Shown: positions 41,601-51,400 of the stretch, in pieces
Position numbering within the stretch: position 1 is the first letter of the stretch
How the letters are laid out: each line of letters begins with the position of its first letter
NCBI GenBank assembly: GCA_020633435.1
Contig: JACKDP010000010.1
Span: 184,154 to 248,153, forward strand
DNA: 64,000 nucleotides
Reading direction: 5' to 3'
DNA from: Myxococcales bacterium
Lineage (GTDB): Bacteria; Myxococcota_A; Bradymonadia; UBA7976; UBA1532
The notes under the pieces: model-generated
Seen by the model: the letters and a program-made list of their open reading frames with translations, nothing else
The model's database searches: none
Told to the model about the DNA's origin: nothing
Made by a program: the position numbers and the translations under genes

Positions 41601-43403
41601 TACGACCTGATCCAGGACTGCCGCGCCGTCAACGTGGCGGACTACAAGCCCGGCAACTGGGACGAGGCCCGGGACGGCGTCTGGCACCCGGTCGTCGACG
41701 GCCGCATCGTCGAGGTCGACGGTGAGTACACCCGCTGCCGCCAGCAGCGCGTCGACTACGCCCGGTGGCAGGATCTGCGCGATCCCAGCCGCACCGAGGG
41801 CGGCACCGGCACCTCCATCGTCGATCCCCAGGGCCGCGAGCGCGTGCCCTACGGCTTCGCGACGGACCGCTGGGCCGACCTGGGCAACCTGGCCGTCTAC
41901 CGCCACGACAACGGCGCGGATCCCTACGAGCTGTTCGACTTCTTCATCAGCCAGCAGGAGATCTTCCACATCTTCGACAACTACCGCCGTGGTCGGGAGG
42001 CGTTCAGCGTCCGCAACGCCGTCTACCGCACCCTGGGCCGGTTCAACGAGAAGATGCGCGACGGCGCCAAGGGCCTGGGCCTGCTGAAGAACATCTACGA
42101 GGACTTTGCCCTGGAGATCGGCTACGACTTCGAGGGCTACTGGCCGGTCATCGCCCCGCTCTTCTTCGGCGAGAACATCCTGGCCTCGGGCATCGCGTTC
42201 GACCACTTCACCCGGCAGCTCGCCCGCCCGGAGCACGGCCCCCACTTCCGCAAGGACGGCGACCCCGTGCTGCGCTCGGCCCGTGACCTCGTCGGCAACG
42301 CCAGCGTCACCCTCCTCAACGTGCCCAACGGCGCCACCGGCTACTTCGACGCCATCGGCATCGGCGGCCGCCCGGTGGAGAACGCCCTGGCGGACGACCA
42401 GGGCGACTACGACAGCGACTACACGATCAACGCGGGCAGCTACTACGAGAAGATGTTCACCGCCATGCTCATGACCGAGTCGGTGGACAACTTCATCTCG
42501 TCGAGCCGCACCGACTTCGTGGATCCCCGCTACCGCGCCGTGTCCCTGGCCGACGTCTTCCCCGAGGGCTACCGCCGCTGGCTGGCGAACAACCTGACGG
42601 GCGACGACGAGATCAAGGGCCCCCGCGCCGCCGCCGACGGGCAGAACCGCCCGCTGCGCGACCTGTCCGGCTTCCCGACCCGGCCCATCGGCTGGACGAG
42701 CTGGTGGGGCGAGGAGCCGCGCAGCTGCTTCCCCGGCGACAACTCCATCGTCTGCTCCACCGTGGGCGACGAGGACGGCACCACCTTCGGCGCCGAGGGC
42801 TTCAACCGCACCGTGCCCATCGACCCCCAGGTGGGCTGGGAGCAGCAGAAGTTCCTGATCGCGTGGACGATGCTGTACCTGCCCGAGAACCAGCAGCAGA
42901 AGTGGATCAACACGCTGCGCATGTGGGAGCTGGGCAAGGACTCCGATCCGGCCTTCCAGAACCGCATCGAGTTCCACCACCCGTCGGGCAAGGTCTACGT
43001 GGCTCGCACCGAGGGCAAGGAGGTCATCTTCGGCAAGACCGTGCAGAAGGGCGTGGCCGCCCGCGTGCTCGAGTACGCCAACTCCCTGCTGCGCGACGCG
43101 TACGTGGTCGAGGACGGCCCCGATCTGGACGGCGACGGCGAGGCGGACTGGTACGAGCCCATCCTCGGCGACAACGGCCTGCCCCAGGTCAAGTGGGACT
43201 CGACGCTCCAGGCCATCGACGAGGAGGGCTTCATCCGCCCCAACGGCGTGCCCGGCTGCAACGCCCAGAGCAGCGAGAACTGCACCTGCTCCGCCAACCG
43301 CGCCTGCGTGAAGCTGGAGCGCTACGCCGAGCTGCCGTTCTTCATGCGCCAGGTCATGGACGCCTACCAGCTCCTCGACGTGAGCCCCCGCGGCATCTAC
43401 TGA
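38601..43403 (+). CDS. 1600-aa zinc metalloprotease lipoprotein (HExxH; DUF4953-like met-zincin core)
   Basis: GTG 38601 gives MKFRPSLATMLRGALALAAVAAASPLAGC|SDE. The active-site block is 'YAVIVHEMGHSIGMRHNFVSSSD...HSSVMDYAGEP', with HEMGH at 41139-41153. Confidence 0.85.
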   Translation: MKFRPSLATMLRGALALAAVAAASPLAGCSDERPPINRVQPYALKKAYFVGEDLQGAADDPEFWTQATLIDVGYGAAQDGLFTSTYAQPMSRIKWQVTEDMLIGRIAYERIDGSDGKGLGGPVQDGVIAVAFRIDRHFDVINAYNSTTGEKLNVVEENSSDRPWYEREYFRVDFSRNLATDSYDFDTLSLLGVFGGITYEPMAYEITDPGDPDAPVFELENGYFDVTNKAFARPQVVDLSHLGWGIAAFPACFLPEDFSGGTAPAASCNPVELTIRHSFRKVEDTDYEPVHWDGNRFRSYGAFTVERHGYTRNFGMSDDKWHRFVSRYNIWERSHYYDDPAAMTGAVACFTPETTPFGADPHRDENGDGTEDECDAVTAKVGAGGSRCDTFRQRCTLPFQVRETRPIAWHYTSGSDLEYFEATRLATLEWDVAMRVAVRSIQYAECKATKGTDCAGRFPVYFGQQDENDDAISLTREVEDCRLKLSHAGKDCEALADEIGRKRGVDAAIVAIAKDAPMVALCHSPVEANDPELCGTDRLPAGMKAGDCDDAWASDDDTVRGACDAARKVRMGDLRFHQVNVIPTPQTPSPWGIYTDAEDPLTGETVSASINVWSFVNDLWSQKLIDTARYLKGELSTEEITDGDYVSAWAQAAQAAGTGGGVVGKMTREQKAERMAAFTGALPDQAAIQRLPPELVAKTKQLKKELSQVRASLDATSAMSPKYTTRAALAAGTPVEAELMTPMVQQLMGVSGLPLAGPVLDQASLLRAGNPAFQRQIRNMKELALSERGACVMHEAPAPLSVTGLADVLEAKFGAFNPEDSQAVQQERAEKMRRYVANRAQYAVIVHEMGHSIGMRHNFVSSSDAWGYRPQYWQLRTKNGTVQEECTELTDDGESCVGPRYFDPVTQAERDNLIWMFMHSSVMDYAGEPTQDMLGLGAYDFAAPKMFYGDTVAVFADDSYKAGTPRGIGMAAKADNFGGILGYSWQIGDEEMHYSQLNKAYDLIQDCRAVNVADYKPGNWDEARDGVWHPVVDGRIVEVDGEYTRCRQQRVDYARWQDLRDPSRTEGGTGTSIVDPQGRERVPYGFATDRWADLGNLAVYRHDNGADPYELFDFFISQQEIFHIFDNYRRGREAFSVRNAVYRTLGRFNEKMRDGAKGLGLLKNIYEDFALEIGYDFEGYWPVIAPLFFGENILASGIAFDHFTRQLARPEHGPHFRKDGDPVLRSARDLVGNASVTLLNVPNGATGYFDAIGIGGRPVENALADDQGDYDSDYTINAGSYYEKMFTAMLMTESVDNFISSSRTDFVDPRYRAVSLADVFPEGYRRWLANNLTGDDEIKGPRAAADGQNRPLRDLSGFPTRPIGWTSWWGEEPRSCFPGDNSIVCSTVGDEDGTTFGAEGFNRTVPIDPQVGWEQQKFLIAWTMLYLPENQQQKWINTLRMWELGKDSDPAFQNRIEFHHPSGKVYVARTEGKEVIFGKTVQKGVAARVLEYANSLLRDAYVVEDGPDLDGDGEADWYEPILGDNGLPQVKWDSTLQAIDEEGFIRPNGVPGCNAQSSENCTCSANRACVKLERYAELPFFMRQVMDAYQLLDVSPRGIY

Positions 43404-43443
43404 CGCCCCGCCCCCCCCGGCGCCGCCATGGTACAACGAGGCC

Positions 43444-44856
43444 ATGACGGCGCCCTGCTTCACCCCCGCCGATCGTGAGCGCCTGGCGGCCGTCGAGGTC
43501 GCCCCGGCCGACGCCGACGCCGACTGGCTGATGGACCAGGCCAGCCTCTGCCTGGCCGCCCCCTCCGCCGACGACGAGGACGCCCTGAAGCGGTGCCTCT
43601 ACGCCCTGTCGCGCGTGGGGCCCTGGCGCCGCCGGGCGGCGGTCGAGTTCCTGGCCGAGGTGGCCACCGGGCCGCGCCGCGAGGCCTGGGGCGGCGCCGC
43701 CATGGCCGCGCTGCTGCCCCACGCCCAGGACCCCGCGTGCTGGCCGCGCTGCCTCGAGCTGGCCCGCGACGAGCGCGTCCTTTGGGGTGGCCGCCTGGCC
43801 ATGGCCCGCCTCACGGGGGTCGAGGGCATCGGCGTGCTGGCGTCGCTCATCCCGCGGACGGACTGGACGGGCTTCGGGCTGCTCGCCGACGCCCACGTCG
43901 CCGTGCTGGCCCACCTGGAGGCCGCGGTGGCCCAGACCACCCTGGTGGCGCTGTACCGGAGCGCCGACTGGTACCAGCGCCGCCTGCTGTTCGAGTCCCT
44001 GGCACCTCCCGCGCACCCGGCCCTGGTGCCGCGGCTGATCGAGGTGGCCACCGGCGCCGACACCGCGACGCGGCGCGCGGCGGCCGAGGCCTTCGGGCGC
44101 CTGGGCGACGCCGCCGCGGCTCCCTGGCTCCAGGCCGCGCTCCTCGACCCCGACGCCGACGTCCGCCGCCTGGCCGGCGAGGCCCTCGCCGCCCTGGGCA
44201 TCGCCCCCGCGCCGCCCGCCGACTCGCCCACCGTGCCCGACGTCGGGGACGCCTGGTCCCGCCTGGCCCGGGCGCCTCGCCGCGTGCCCATCGCCTTCTG
44301 GCTCGACCGCACCGTCCGGGCCGCCGGCGCCTACACCAGCCTCGCCTGGGCGCTGGTGGCCGCCTCCAGCCTGGCCGCCCTGCTGCTCGCCCGACCGGTC
44401 CTCGCGCCCGTCGGCCTCGTCGTCGGCGGCCTCTGGCTGCTGCTCGCCCTGCCCATCGGCGCCACCCTGGCCTGGCGAGAGGGCGCCCTGGTACGGCACG
44501 GCGTCGCCGTCCCCGCCGATTTGAAGGCCGTCCGCCGCGTCGAGCGCACCCGCGAGGTCCGTGGCAGCCGCATCAAGTCGGTCTGGTACCACCACGCGGT
44601 GGCCTTCGCGTCCCTCGACGGCGCCCTGCAGAAGCGGACGGTGCAGCTCGACCGCCCCCTGGGCCGACCCCGCGCCGGCGTGCCGCTGCTCTACCGCTTG
44701 GGCGACCCGTCGACGCTCCTGCTCTTCGACGGCCTGCGCGCCCTGCGCGTCGACGCCCGGGGCCGCCTGCGCTTCCGCCTCACCCTCGCCAGCGCCCTGG
44801 GGGCCGCGGCCATCCCGGTGGTCGTCGCGGCGATCGCGCTCCTGCGCCTGCGGTAG
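43444..44856 (+). CDS. HEAT-repeat protein with TM helices and a DUF3592-like C-terminal domain
   Basis: 470-aa ORF. HEAT-like segments: 'RRAAAEAFGRLGDAAAAPWLQAALLDPDADVRRLAGEALAALG'. TM segments: 'YTSLAWALVAASSLAALLLA', 'GLVVGGLWLLLALPIGATLAW', and the C-terminal 'ALGAAAIPVVVAAIALL'. Confidence 0.7.
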   Translation: MTAPCFTPADRERLAAVEVAPADADADWLMDQASLCLAAPSADDEDALKRCLYALSRVGPWRRRAAVEFLAEVATGPRREAWGGAAMAALLPHAQDPACWPRCLELARDERVLWGGRLAMARLTGVEGIGVLASLIPRTDWTGFGLLADAHVAVLAHLEAAVAQTTLVALYRSADWYQRRLLFESLAPPAHPALVPRLIEVATGADTATRRAAAEAFGRLGDAAAAPWLQAALLDPDADVRRLAGEALAALGIAPAPPADSPTVPDVGDAWSRLARAPRRVPIAFWLDRTVRAAGAYTSLAWALVAASSLAALLLARPVLAPVGLVVGGLWLLLALPIGATLAWREGALVRHGVAVPADLKAVRRVERTREVRGSRIKSVWYHHAVAFASLDGALQKRTVQLDRPLGRPRAGVPLLYRLGDPSTLLLFDGLRALRVDARGRLRFRLTLASALGAAAIPVVVAAIALLRLR

Positions 44857-44904
44857 CCCCCGCGGGTGCGCTACCCTCCCTGCGTCTCGAACCCGGGAGG
44901 AGCC

Positions 44905-46506
44905 GTGCGCGCCTGGATGCTGTTGTGCGTGGGCCTCGTGGCCTGCAACGAGGAGTTCCCGAGCCAGCCCGCCGCCGACGCGGCCGCGGCCGGCCCCTGC
45001 GTGGTGGGCGAGGCCATCTGCGTGAACGGGCGCGCCCGGGTCTGCCTGGAGGACGAGTCCGGCTGGCTGGAGACGGCCTGCGGCGCGGGCGAGCGCTGCA
45101 GCGAGGGGGCCTGCGTCGCCCTGGCCTGCGCGCCCGGCGCCCGGGTCTGCGGGCCCGCCGGCGTGCAGATCTGCGCCGCCGACGGCCTCAGCCAGGGGGA
45201 GCCCACCCCGTGCGGCGCCGACGAGACCTGCCTCGAAGGCGTCTGCCTGCCCCGCCAGTGCCAGCCGGGCGAGGTGGCCTGCGGCGAGGGGGGCCTGCTG
45301 ACGTGCGAGGCCGACGGCCTGCGCTGGTCCCGGCAGGCCTGCGCCGCCGGGGAGGTCTGCGCCGCTGGCCGCTGTGGTCCGCCCGCCGGCGCCGACTGCG
45401 AGCCCGGGCGGACGCTCTGCGGGGAGGCCGAGGTGGTGGTCTGCGGCCCCGACGGCTGGACGTCGACGCCCTGCGCGGCCGGGCAGGCCTGCTTCCTGGG
45501 CCGCTGCGTCGACTGCGTGCAGGCGGCCGACTGCGGCCCCGACGCCGCCTGCGTGGACGGCGCCTGCGCGTCGCTGCCCCTGGCCATCACGACCGCCGAG
45601 CTGCCCGCCGGGCAGGTCGATCGCCCCTACGACGCGGCCCTGGCCGCCGCGGGCGGGGAGGCCCCCATCACCTGGCGCGTGGCCGAGGGCGGCCTGCCCG
45701 CGGGGCTCGCCCTCGACCCGGCGACGGGCGCCATCGCGGGCGTCCCCACCGAGGCGGGCGGCTCGGTCTTCACCGTCGCCGCCACCGACGCCGACGGCGT
45801 CGAGGCCACCGCCGAGCTGGCCCTGACCATCCTGGCCCCCGGCCTCGGCGTCGCCACCGAGCGGCTGCCGGTGGCCGAGCAGGGCGAGCCCTACGAGGCC
45901 CGCCTGGCGGCGCTGGGCGGGGAGGGGGCCCTCGGCTGGTTCCTCGTCGATGGCGCCCTGCCGGCCGGCCTCCTCCTCACCGCGGACGGCCTCATCACCG
46001 GGATTCCTGAAGAGATTGGCGAGTTTGCGCTGCGCGTCCGCGTCGTGGACGCCGCCACGCCGCCGGCCTTCGCCGAGGCCGACCTGACCCTGCGCGTCCA
46101 GGTGGCGCCGCTCGTCATCGTCGGCGATCAGGTGGTCGATCTGATCATCACCCGCATCGTGACGCTGCCCGGCCTGGTGGTCATCCCCGGGGTGCCCATC
46201 CCGTACGACGCGCGGCTCACGGCCCGCGGCGGGCTGCCGCCCTACACCTGGGCCGAGGACGAGATCCCGCCCGCCGCGCGGCCGCTGCTGCCCCAGGCGG
46301 GCATCCCGGCGGGCCTCGTGCTCGAGGCCGATGGCCGGCTGCACGGCACGGTGGAGGATCCGGCCTCGGCGGTGGAGGTGGTCATCCCGTTCACCCAGAT
46401 CCGGCTGAGCGGGTTCTTCTTCTTCGCCGAGGTGCGCGACAGCCAGGCGGCGCCCGCCCGGGCGAGCGCCATCTTCCTGCTGCCGACCATCCCCCTGGGC
46501 CCGTAA
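44905..46506 (+). CDS. Lipoprotein with Cys-rich repeats and putative Ig (dystroglycan/cadherin-like) domains
   Basis: GTG 44905 follows 'GGGAGGAG' and gives M/VRAWMLLCVGLVAC|NEE. About 8 repeats have the form 'C..G...C.......C..G..C..G.C'. Three 'LP.G.VG.PY...L.A.GG..P..W....G.LP.GL.L...G.I.G.P' units follow. Confidence 0.7.
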   Translation: MRAWMLLCVGLVACNEEFPSQPAADAAAAGPCVVGEAICVNGRARVCLEDESGWLETACGAGERCSEGACVALACAPGARVCGPAGVQICAADGLSQGEPTPCGADETCLEGVCLPRQCQPGEVACGEGGLLTCEADGLRWSRQACAAGEVCAAGRCGPPAGADCEPGRTLCGEAEVVVCGPDGWTSTPCAAGQACFLGRCVDCVQAADCGPDAACVDGACASLPLAITTAELPAGQVDRPYDAALAAAGGEAPITWRVAEGGLPAGLALDPATGAIAGVPTEAGGSVFTVAATDADGVEATAELALTILAPGLGVATERLPVAEQGEPYEARLAALGGEGALGWFLVDGALPAGLLLTADGLITGIPEEIGEFALRVRVVDAATPPAFAEADLTLRVQVAPLVIVGDQVVDLIITRIVTLPGLVVIPGVPIPYDARLTARGGLPPYTWAEDEIPPAARPLLPQAGIPAGLVLEADGRLHGTVEDPASAVEVVIPFTQIRLSGFFFFAEVRDSQAAPARASAIFLLPTIPLGP

Positions 46507-46516
46507 GGGCTCGGGA

Positions 46517-48361
46517 TTACTGGCAGAAGAAGGCGCCGAAGCCGGTGCCGATCACCGTGCAGCGGCCGTCGGCGCCGCAGCGGGAGTCGCCCGGGGAGGG
46601 GGCCCCCGCCCCGCGGAAGGCCGCCTCGCAGTCGGCGTCGTTCCGGCAGCCCACCGAGCAGGCGCGGCCGCCGCAGAAGGCGTCGTACTGCGACCAGTCC
46701 CAGCAGATGCCCGACGCGCAGTCCCCGTCCCCGCGGCAGTCGTTGCCGAGGTCGTTGACCATGGGCATCAGCGGCCCCGGGGGCGGGAGGTCGCGGTAGT
46801 CGAAGCAGCCCTGCGGGTTCATGGTGAGCCGGCGGACGGGCTCGCCGTCGTGGCCGCCGCACTCGCCGGTGAAGCGGCCGCCGAGGTGGAACCAGAGGTC
46901 GTCGCAGCGGTTCATGACGAAGGCCTGCGTCGAGAGGTAGCCGGTGCCATCGAGGCTGCACCGGGCGTCCCGGCCCGCCTCGCCCGCGTCGCCGACGAGG
47001 GCCGTCCAGAGCGTGCGGGCGGCGTCGGCGTCGGCCACGGACCGCTGCGCCCGGTCCGACGTCCAGACCCACTCGCCGGTCTGGCAGGCCACGGGCTCCC
47101 AGAGCGGGTTTCGGGCGCAGTCCGGGTTGGTCTCCGGGTCCCGGAGGCTGCACACGACGTCGAAGGCGACCAGGATGTCGGGGCAGAAGGCGTCGCCGTT
47201 CCAGCCCTCGTCCAGCGGGCCCGGGAGCTGGTGGAAGAGGTTGCACTGGAAGTCGAGGTTGGCCTGGCGCGCCTCGCCGCAGGTGGTCTGCCGGAAGTCC
47301 ACGGCCGGCCCGAAGCCCCGCAAAGCGCAGGCCGCGTCGGCGCAGGTCCGGGCGTCGCCGCAGTCGTTGAAGCCCATGCACTCGCCGTGGTGGCCGAAGC
47401 CCTGGTTGGCGCCGAGGGCGACGACGTCCTCGACGGCGCACATCGACGAGCAGCCGTCGCCGTCCACCAGGTTGCCGTCGTCACAGGCCTCGCCCATGTC
47501 CACGTTGCCGTCGCCACAGCGCGCGCAGGCGCCCTCGTCGACGGCCCCATCGCAGTCGTCATCGATCTCGTTGCAGGCCTCGTCGCCGGGGAGGACCTCG
47601 CCGACGCACGGAGCGTCCGGCGCGCAGGCCCGCTCGCCCGCGGCGCAGCGACCGACGCCCGCGGTGCCGGCCGGGCCGCCGTAGCAGGCCTCGGCGGGGG
47701 CGCCGTTGTCGACGGTGCCGTCGCAGTCGTCGTCGACCTCGTTGCACACCTCCGGGCTGCCTTCGCCGGCGACGGCGTCGCACATCACGTCGGCGCCGTC
47801 GACGGTGCACGTCCACATGCCATCGGCCTGGCAGGCGCCGACGCCCGCGGAGCACGCCTCGCCCAGGCCCTCGTAGCCCTCGTCCAGCAGGCCGTCGCAG
47901 TCGTTGTCGAGGCCGTCGCAGGCCTCGGCCCCGCCCTCGCACGGCGTCCAGGCGCCCGCCTCGCAGCGCGTCGTGCCGGCGCAGCCGTCGAGGTCGCAGG
48001 CCATCTCGTCGCCGTCGGTGCAGGGGCCTTCGCCGCCGGCGCCGCCCATGCCACCAGCGCCGCCGGCGCCTCCCATGCCACCAGCCCCGCCGACGCCGCC
48101 CATGCCACCCGCGCCAGCGCCCCCATGCCACCGGCCTGCCGGCGCCGCCCGCGCCGCCCATGCCACCGGCACCACCGCGCTGCTGCTACTGGAAGCTGCC
48201 GGCGCGCCCATGCCACCCGCGCCGCCGGCGCCGCCCATGCCGCCGCCGTCCACCGAGGCGTCGGCGCCGTCGTCCGTGCCGCCGTCCGTGTCACAGGCCG
48301 GCAGCATCGCCACCGCCCACGCGAGGGCCGCGACGCGGCCCGCCTTCCACCGAAGTGCCAT
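46517..48361 (-). CDS. Lipoprotein: Gly/Met/Ala repeat linker, MopE-like repeats, Myxococcus-type cysteine-rich repeat, unassigned Cys-rich C-domain
   Basis: ATG 48361 gives MALRWKAGRVAALAWAVAMLPAC|DTDGG. Motifs: 'GGMGGAGGAGGMG...', 'CDGLDNDCDGLLDEGY', 'CNEVDDDCDGTVDNG', 'CNEIDDDCDGAVDEG', 'CGDGNVDMGEACDDGNLVDGDGCSSMC'. Confidence 0.75.
   Translation of the reverse strand: MALRWKAGRVAALAWAVAMLPACDTDGGTDDGADASVDGGGMGGAGGAGGMGAPAASSSSSAVVPVAWAARAAPAGRWHGGAGAGGMGGVGGAGGMGGAGGAGGMGGAGGEGPCTDGDEMACDLDGCAGTTRCEAGAWTPCEGGAEACDGLDNDCDGLLDEGYEGLGEACSAGVGACQADGMWTCTVDGADVMCDAVAGEGSPEVCNEVDDDCDGTVDNGAPAEACYGGPAGTAGVGRCAAGERACAPDAPCVGEVLPGDEACNEIDDDCDGAVDEGACARCGDGNVDMGEACDDGNLVDGDGCSSMCAVEDVVALGANQGFGHHGECMGFNDCGDARTCADAACALRGFGPAVDFRQTTCGEARQANLDFQCNLFHQLPGPLDEGWNGDAFCPDILVAFDVVCSLRDPETNPDCARNPLWEPVACQTGEWVWTSDRAQRSVADADAARTLWTALVGDAGEAGRDARCSLDGTGYLSTQAFVMNRCDDLWFHLGGRFTGECGGHDGEPVRRLTMNPQGCFDYRDLPPPGPLMPMVNDLGNDCRGDGDCASGICWDWSQYDAFCGGRACSVGCRNDADCEAAFRGAGAPSPGDSRCGADGRCTVIGTGFGAFFCQ
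48047..48241 (-). repeat. Degenerate ~27-nt tandem coding repeat (GGMGGAGGA units) with irregular unit lengths
   Basis: The plus-strand unit marker 'catgcc' occurs at 48047, 48074, 48101, 48124, 48159, 48209 and 48236. The spacings are 27, 27, 23, 35, 50 and 27 nt. Confidence 0.8.
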
Positions 48362-48482
48362 CCCATCCTCCCAGGAGTGAAGCCGGCGCATTCTTGAGCA
48401 GGGGGCGGGGGCGGGGCAAGTCGAGGCGGGCGGTGGCGCCCGGTCGAGGCGTCACAACTACCCGATTCACATCAGGTTTTCG

Positions 48483-51400
48483 CTAGAGGGCGGGCACGAA
48501 CCGGGCCGTGAACGTGGCGTCCGCCGGCGGCGAGACGACGACGGTGGCCTCGGCTCCCAGCTCCGGTGTGTCCCAGCCATCGAACGCGAAGCCCTCGGCG
48601 GGCACGGCGGTGATGGTCACCGGCACGCCCACGAAGTAGGTCCCCGTGAAGGCCGGCGGCACCGCCACGGCGGTGAGGTGGAAGCTGCCGCCCTCGGGCG
48701 GATCGGCCTGCAGCGTCAGGGCGTAGCGCGCCCCGAGGCCGAAGTTGGCGGCGATGTGGTTGAAGGCGTGCCCGGGCCGATCCCGCAGCCAGGTGTCGAT
48801 GCCGTTGACCTGGTTCTCCCAGGCGCCCAGGGCCTGGGCCGGCTCGTTGCCCGACGCCCAGCGGATGAGGTGCGCCTGCATCTCGGGCCGGACGGTCGCG
48901 GCCGTCCGCGCCAGGATGTCCCGCGTGCGCTCCGCCCGGAAGGCCGTGTTCAGGTAGTCGGCGTAGCGGTTGATGAACCGCGTCGCGAAGGCGGGGTTGC
49001 GCACCAGCGTCCGCAGGACCTCCGTCGACCAGGGCGGGTTGGGCCAGTTGGGGCCGTTGGCCCGCAGCGCGAACGCCACCGAGTCCACCGCCGGGTTGGG
49101 GTTGCGCCAGCCCAGGCCGAAGTCGGTGTCGTAGAGCAGCCACCGCCACTTGCCCTCCGGCGTCTTCGGCCGCCAGTACTTGATGTTGTTGCCGGGCCAG
49201 TCCTCGTTGTCGTGGAAGATCTGGACGATCTCGTAGGTGGCGAAGTCGTCGACGTCCATGAGCGCCTGCACCCGCGCGTAGGTCTCCGGGCTCGCGATGT
49301 CCTCCGTCCGCAGCACCTGCAAGAGCTGCTCGTAGTGGTCCGAGTCCCCCTCGTTCACCACGACGTTGGCCTCCAGCAGATCCACCGCGTCCACGCCGTA
49401 GTGGGCCTGCAGGTAGGGCCGGTCGGGCCGCTCGCGGATGTTGTAGATGCCCCAGAACTCGCCGTTCAGGTAGGCGGCCACCGGTCGGTAGGCCATCACC
49501 GCGATGCCCAGGCCCGAGGCGATCTGGTGCATCACCGCGTCGCGCAGGTGCGAGCGCGGGGTGCAGCGCCCGTTGTTGCAGCCGCCCCAGTCGTTGCCGC
49601 TGTTGCGCAGCACCACGCGCTGGAACTGCTGCACGTCCAGGCCCTCGAACAGCGGGTACTCCAGGCTCGCGGTGCCGTAGCCCGGCCGCATGATGAACCG
49701 CAGGCTGCGCTGGGCGTTGGCCCGCGACCAGCCGCCGTGGATCTTCACGCCGCAGTCCAGCGAGAAGCCGGGCTCGCCGCCGGGCTCCCAGAACTCGACG
49801 TGCAGCGGCCGCTCCCAGTCCTCCCAGAAGTTGGCCCCGAAGTACGGCACGTTCTGCTGGTAGGAATCGCCCAGGACGTAGATGCCCGTGTCCACGTCCC
49901 ACAGGTTCGAGGGCTCCGTCACCATCGACACCGTGGGCAGGGTCGAGGGCGGCGCCACCAGGTAGGTGCCCGTCACGATGGCGCTGGGCCAGGCGTTGGG
50001 CGCGAAGGCGCGCGCCCGAATGACCGAGATGCCCGGCGCGGGGCCGACGGGGATGGCGCCGTCCGCCAGGGGGTCGTCCGGCCCCGGCTCCGAGCTGTCC
50101 TGCGTGACGCGCACCTCGGCGCCGCCGCCATCCACCGTCACCTCGACGCCCTCCGGGTAGTGGCCCGGCGGCGGGAAGAGCGTCGGCGGGGCCGCGAACC
50201 GGCGGCGCGCCTCCGTGATGTTCGGCCCGCCCGGCGTCGGCTCGATGAAGTAGCCGAGCTGGCCATCCGCGCCGGGCCCGTAGGAGGCGTCGGCGGGCAG
50301 GCGCCCCACCACCAGGCGGTCGACCTCGCAGCCATCCGGGGCCGTCAGCGTCAGCGTCTCGCCGCTGGCCGACAGCGAGAAGTCGGTATGGATGAAGCGG
50401 TTGGGCAGGTCCAGGTGCATGGAGGGGGCGCCCGGGCGGCCGCTGCCGAAGCCGAACGTCAGGAACGGGATGAGGCTGGTGTCGCTCGACTGGGCCGAGG
50501 CGTCGTGCAGCTCGAGCGCCAGCACGTTCTCCCCCGGGACGAGCAGATCGGCCAGCGGGAAGAGGTCGAAGACCTCGGGCTGGCTGCCCGCCACCAGCAC
50601 CGCCTCGTGGGCCGCGTCGGCGAACTGCTGCGGCGCGGGGGCGACGCCGGGGGCGCCCAGCAGGGCCCGGGCCACCTCCACGCCGTTGAGGTAGGCGACG
50701 AACCCATCGTCGTAATCCACATGCAGCAAGAGGGCTTGCAGGTCGGCGATCTCTTCGGCGGTCACCTCGAAGGTGTGGCGCACATAAATGGTGTGCGTCG
50801 CCACCACCGTCGCGTCGTCGTTGTCGGCCCGCCCGAAGCCGCTCGGCCCCTCCGGCCAGCCCGAGTCGTCGAAGCCCGGCTGGGGCCAGAAGGGATCCTG
50901 CTGCGCCTCCACCGGCAGATACCGCCACAGCGCCCCCCAGTCGATGCGCGTGTCCCAGGTGGCCACCGTGGCGCGCCGGTCCTTCCCCGACGCCAGCACC
51001 ACCAGGTACTCGTCCGGCGCCAGCACGCGGGGCGGCATCACCCACGCGAAGGGCTCGTCGGGGTCGTCGCTCAGGCCATAGCCCGCGAGATCCACGGGAT
51101 CGGGCCCGGCGTTGTGCAGCTCGATCCAGTCGGGGGTGTCGCCGTCCTCGTCCAGCAGCCCGGTCTGGTTCGAGGCCAGCACCTCGTTGATGACCACGGC
51201 GGGGGGCGGGGGACAGACCACCACGGCGGCGTCGGGGGGCGCGGCGTCGACGTCGGGGGCGGCGTCCACCTCCAGGCCGGCGTCCGCGATCCCGGCGTCG
51301 GCGGGCGGGGCGGCGTCCACGTCGAGGGCGGCGTCGGCGACGCCCCTCGTCCGGGGCGGCCGCGCGGCGTCGGCCGGCGGCGCCGCGTCAGGCGCGGCGT

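Noticed and set aside
38520-46344. 1647-aa and 996-aa minus-strand ORFs (38520..43463, 43354..46344) and the 805-aa plus-strand ORF 43593..46010
   Set aside because: These are shadow or off-frame ORFs with Arg/Gly/Pro-rich translations. The region is explained by the HExxH lipoprotein, the HEAT/TM protein and the Cys-rich Ig lipoprotein.
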